Made by a program: the position numbers and the translations under genes. From the NCBI GenBank assembly GCA_002633005.1, contig NMRA01000600.1:62001-126000 (forward strand): DNA of 64,000 bases, read 5' to 3'. Origin of the DNA: Phoronis australis (Eukaryota > Animalia > Phoronida). This document shows, piece by piece, positions 59,707-64,000 of the stretch (within the stretch, counting starts at the first letter, position 1; each line of letters starts with the position of its first letter). A model generated the notes under the pieces. The model saw only the letters and a program-made list of their open reading frames with translations, ran no database searches and was not told the origin of the DNA.

Positions 59707-62275
59707 CCTGCGTGAAAACAAATAGCCACACCATGGCGGGATCAGGGAGGAATGTGTTTGAACCTGGCATAAAAATGTGGACTTGCTGGATAATCGAGCT
59801 AGCACGTATCTGTGGCCAACGCTTGGTTTAAAGTCTCGCGCGGCATGCATTAGCCATATCGCCATCTTCAACCTTGAAAAAGTCTCGCCAGGGGATAGCC
59901 ATCACTAATTGTCGTAAATGATTATCTTGTTTTTCCAGCCGTCCCGTTGGAAGTACCCACAACTATGTCCTCACGGATTCAGGAAAGGTAAGTCAGAATT
60001 GCATCATCTATGTTTTCATAACTACATGTATTATTTACGCAATCTCCTCCGAAACTCAAACGTCCGTGATAATTGCATTGTTTATCGGGTACATGTAGCA
60101 TTTTATGATTTACATGTATCAGAATGGGTGATTGGCAATTTCACCGCCGGCATCGCCAGAAGCTTCGGTCGTCACGGACGCCATGAACATCGATTGTTTA
60201 TCGCTGTTTTTTCTCGTAAATTACAATCTAATATTTTACTCACAGTTGCTGGAAGTTTGGGCAAACTTTTAAAAACCGCTTTCGAAACCTTTGGCACGCA
60301 AATTTCACAAACTATTTGTAATTCGCAGTTGAAGCGTAGTGCGTTTTCGTCCTTCCACCGGGCTTTCCACGTTCGATTTGGATGAAACCCGAAGTTGACG
60401 AAGCACCATTTTGTACCCTTTTCACTAACACATACATGTACACGTACTGTTGAAATAAGTTTGGAATATGATGGCTGCATGTACTTTACGTCGGGTTGTA
60501 CTACAATTTGACATTACTGTACTGTTCTGGGGGATCCTCTCGAGAAGCACAGGGAGGTACGGATGTGACGCTGTGGCGTCAAAATCCAGACCAACGCCAT
60601 ATACATGTACACATATCTGGGCAGATGACAGAATATTCACCTGAAGCAATACCAATGATGTAAATTCCTTCAACACATATCAATTTTGATAGACAATAAG
60701 TCACGTGAAGCACAACTTTACGGTGTCTGAGGCCCGGGAACGTAATGGCGACACAGCACAAAATTCTTGAACGGATACAATGACGCAAGACTGAGAGCTC
60801 TTTATAGAAGGAGTGTCTACCGTCTGTCTCGGCGTTTGTGCCGGTTGGATTCGTAGCTGGTTTCTCTGAAATTTGTTCCTTGCCAATGGTATGACAAGTT
60901 CTCAGTCAAAAAGCATTGACCCGATGATTCCACTCATTTTACTCACCCGAGACAATATCTGGAAATAACCAGATACCTACCCGAAACGATATCTCAAATC
61001 AAATTACCTACCGACACATCATACAGTATGAGTGTGCCAAAATACTCATCCGAGTAGGCGGCATATCCCTTCTCACCCATTCTCTGGGGGGACCCCCATG
61101 CGTCACTTGCGCTGTTGTTTGTTTAACTACGATTTCGTTGCACCTACACTAGGCCTACAAGTAAGCCAGCTGTTACATTTATGCTCGGAATATGTCCCGA
61201 AAATAATAGGTGCGTCGCAAGCTCTGTTTCCAGAGATACAAAAGAGACGGTGTATAGGCGAATATAAGGTCATTTATTATGACTGATAAGGTAAAGAAAT
61301 ATGAGTGTACAAATAACATAAAAATAAAATAATAATCTCTGGAAAAATGAAGAGAGATTAGCTCGAACCTAAGTGCTGCAAAGCGAAGTACAGATGGCAC
61401 GAAATATAACTTTCTTGAGAACAAAGGAGCCTTATGACACGTGACAATCATCAGCCTATGGGAGCCAGGAGCTGACCGAACTCGTGGCAGTAATACAAAC
61501 GAACCAATAGTGAGGCTGGAAATGGAATGTCCTAGTGCCTTGAGTGCAGGAGGACCGCATGCGAATCTACACAAGGGGTTAATGGACCAGTCCGAAAGAT
61601 GGGGGTATAAGAGGGACGAGTCCATATTCTCGCATAAATATATTTAACGAGTGAAATGTCATTTCCGAAAAATAATTAATTGTACGTTTGTAACCTCGCT
61701 CTGTTCTTGGAGCTGTAGTAACTCCTTGTGTTATGAAAGTGACGAAGCACATTTGCGAAACAGAGATCGCCAAATATAAGTTATCTCACATAGATAGGAA
61801 TACTACTACCATATTAAAAATTCATTTCACATGGGAATGTCCCAACGACACCGAAGGTACATGTAAAATACGGCTTCTACCGTTGAATACGGCCTCTACC
61901 GCGGTATACGCCGGTTTGGCTCTACATTCCGTATTCCACAGTTGATAACGTGACGTATGCAACGTTCATGCAAATTTTCACACATATAAGGACAACATGT
62001 GGCTTTCTACAGGTAAGTTATGTTTTGTTCACGTAAATGATAATTGCGCAAAAATGGCGCATTAATACCGTAACAAAGTAGGTGCACGCGCGTACGTCGC
62101 TCAGGCTCGGCAAAATACCAGAGAACTCCTGTCAAGGTCGCTGTGTAAAGAACTAGAAAGCGAGTTCCCTATCCCGCGTTTGACTATATTCTTACATGTA
62201 CTTAGTCACTCGGGATGCACTCCAGTAATTTTGCCAATGGACTAATTGGTATAACCACTCTTTAAACAGTCAAAA

Positions 62276-63268
62276 CATAGGCGGATTTAGGGGGGGCAGG
62301 GGGCCCGGACCCCCCCCCCCCTGGCTGCCGCAAAAATAAAACAGCAAGAGCGTAGGGAAATGTTGAGTTTATTAATTAACCCCGGTATTTAAAATTACAC
62401 GGATGAAACAAGATTTAAATGTGTGCAGGTTTAGTGCTTGTGGGGGGGCTCAGATCCAATTTGAAGTGTCAACTTCGGAACACGGCGTATTCGTAACGGA
62501 ACTATGGCTAAGTCTAAGGCTCTCCCGCGAAATCCCAGGCGACCGGCAGTAGCGCTGCGCAATACGACTCCGTTTCCGTCGTCTGCTCCACTGTTTCATG
62601 AAGAAAATTTACTTTATTTTTAAAAAATGGAGCCTGACTGACGATGAAAAAACAGAAACTGCTGGTAAGAGGCGAATTTTAATCGAAGCCTTAGTGAATC
62701 ACTCAAAAACTCATAATTCTCTCTTTGTCCAACCTTAACTTAGTCTTAAGACAATTTCCAAAGCAATCCCGTCATTATTGCCAACACGAAAAACGGATTT
62801 GGTCTTTTGGGCATTTGAAGACTATTTTAAACACAACAAATTTGTTAAGAACCGATTGCACAAAATATAAAACGTGTAATAAGCATTACGAAAAGAAGTA
62901 GGTTTCGCGCGCAAACGCTGTGGACCATAAACAAGTAGGTCTCTTAGTATACGATTAGTAGTGAAATCGTGGTGGTGTAGTGGTAAAGCACGCGCGCTCG
63001 TTCCGCCACGTCGTCAGTTCGATTCCGTGGTATTTGCTGTTTTTCTTGTTTGACACGTTCTTCGTCTGTTTTATTTTTTTTTTTGCCTTTTTTTTAATAA
63101 TACTTTAGGAATCAAGGAAAATGCTTGATTTTTAGAGGAACAGAAAAATTTCCTGGGCGGGACCTCCCCCCATTCGTTGTTTTGCTCATCTACAATCGTG
63201 GTTTGCGCAAATGCTTACAGCCGGACAAAATGTTGGGTCCCCCTTGTGATATCGTAGATCCGCCACTG
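62276..63268. mobile_element. hAT-like non-autonomous element with 5-bp TSD (CAAAA); copy 2, containing a tRNA-like segment
   Basis: Termini cataggcggattt...agatccgccactg; caaaa at 62271-62275 and 63269-63273. Confidence 0.85.
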
Positions 63269-64000
63269 CAAAAATCATTTTTAAATCACCTCAAAAACAC
63301 GAGACACTAGGTTGCAAGCTGGTAGCAATACAGGTAGATTGGCATATCCATTGTTCACTTTGTTTTTCTTTGTTATAATTAAAGATAATGAAAGCATTTG
63401 TCAGTAAACGACTGATGTGCGCCCAATGAACGATATCCAGGCGACCTGTATTGTTATATCCAACATAGACGCATCAAAGAAAAAAATGATAGTGTCCCAT
63501 AGGCGATAAACATCCGACGTGCTTACGCCCGTTACATGGATTCACAAGATAAACAATAACTTGCGACTTCCATATGACGTCATTTGCCGCGGGTTCCCTT
63601 TATAAAATATGCAGAAAAGCGGATCCTTTGTAGATACAAAAAGATCAACTTTGCTATGGGATCTGGCCGTGATAACCATCCCATCTAAGAGACATTTTCG
63701 ATATAAACTGAGTTGAGCCTAGGCTACTGCCTTTCCCGGTGTTAGTGTCATTGCATACCGTAGGGTATGAAGACGTCCACATCGAACAAGACACCATTAG
63801 GCATCATACAGTTAAACCCGAATAACACACTGAAATTACAAGTGAAGATGAAGTCGTAACATGGTAGAAACATGTGAAATTCCAACATTTATCAACTGTG
63901 TTGCAATACAGAGACATTTAGCGGTACAAATTAGAGTCATGCTTTCCAGGAGACCTAAGAAGAAAGGGACATTCATCCCTAAGTTATGGTAAGAAAACTA

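Noticed and set aside
59918-61647. ORFs of 100-155 aa near the window end
   Set aside because: No domain similarity, and some overlap repeated sequence; treated as chance ORFs.

Overview
Eukaryotic, AT-rich, intron-rich and repeat-rich animal DNA, probably from a marine invertebrate (the taxon cannot be fixed from sequence alone). Three protein-coding genes were reconstructed by hand from GT-AG splice sites and frame continuity. (1) PRPF4/Prp4 (U4/U6 snRNP WD40 protein), minus strand, 12 coding exons at 19065->1026, 503 aa. (2) CDC26 (APC/C subunit), plus strand, single coding exon at 24984-25211, head-to-head with PRPF4 as in human. (3) A 7-exon, 692-aa secreted protein at 29336-37395 with three MAM domains, a Thr/Met-rich mucin stalk and a GPI-anchor-like tail. 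The rest is a nest of non-autonomous transposons: a DINE-1/Helentron-type element carrying a ~148-bp-periodic array of CTCF-like motifs, Kolobok elements with a THAP relic, an Academ deletion derivative, hAT-like MITEs with unusual 5- and 6-bp TSDs, long foldback elements, a probable solo LTR and a hAT transposase relic. There are also several minisatellites and two probable assembly artefacts next to N gaps. Most ORFs in the supplied track are spurious.
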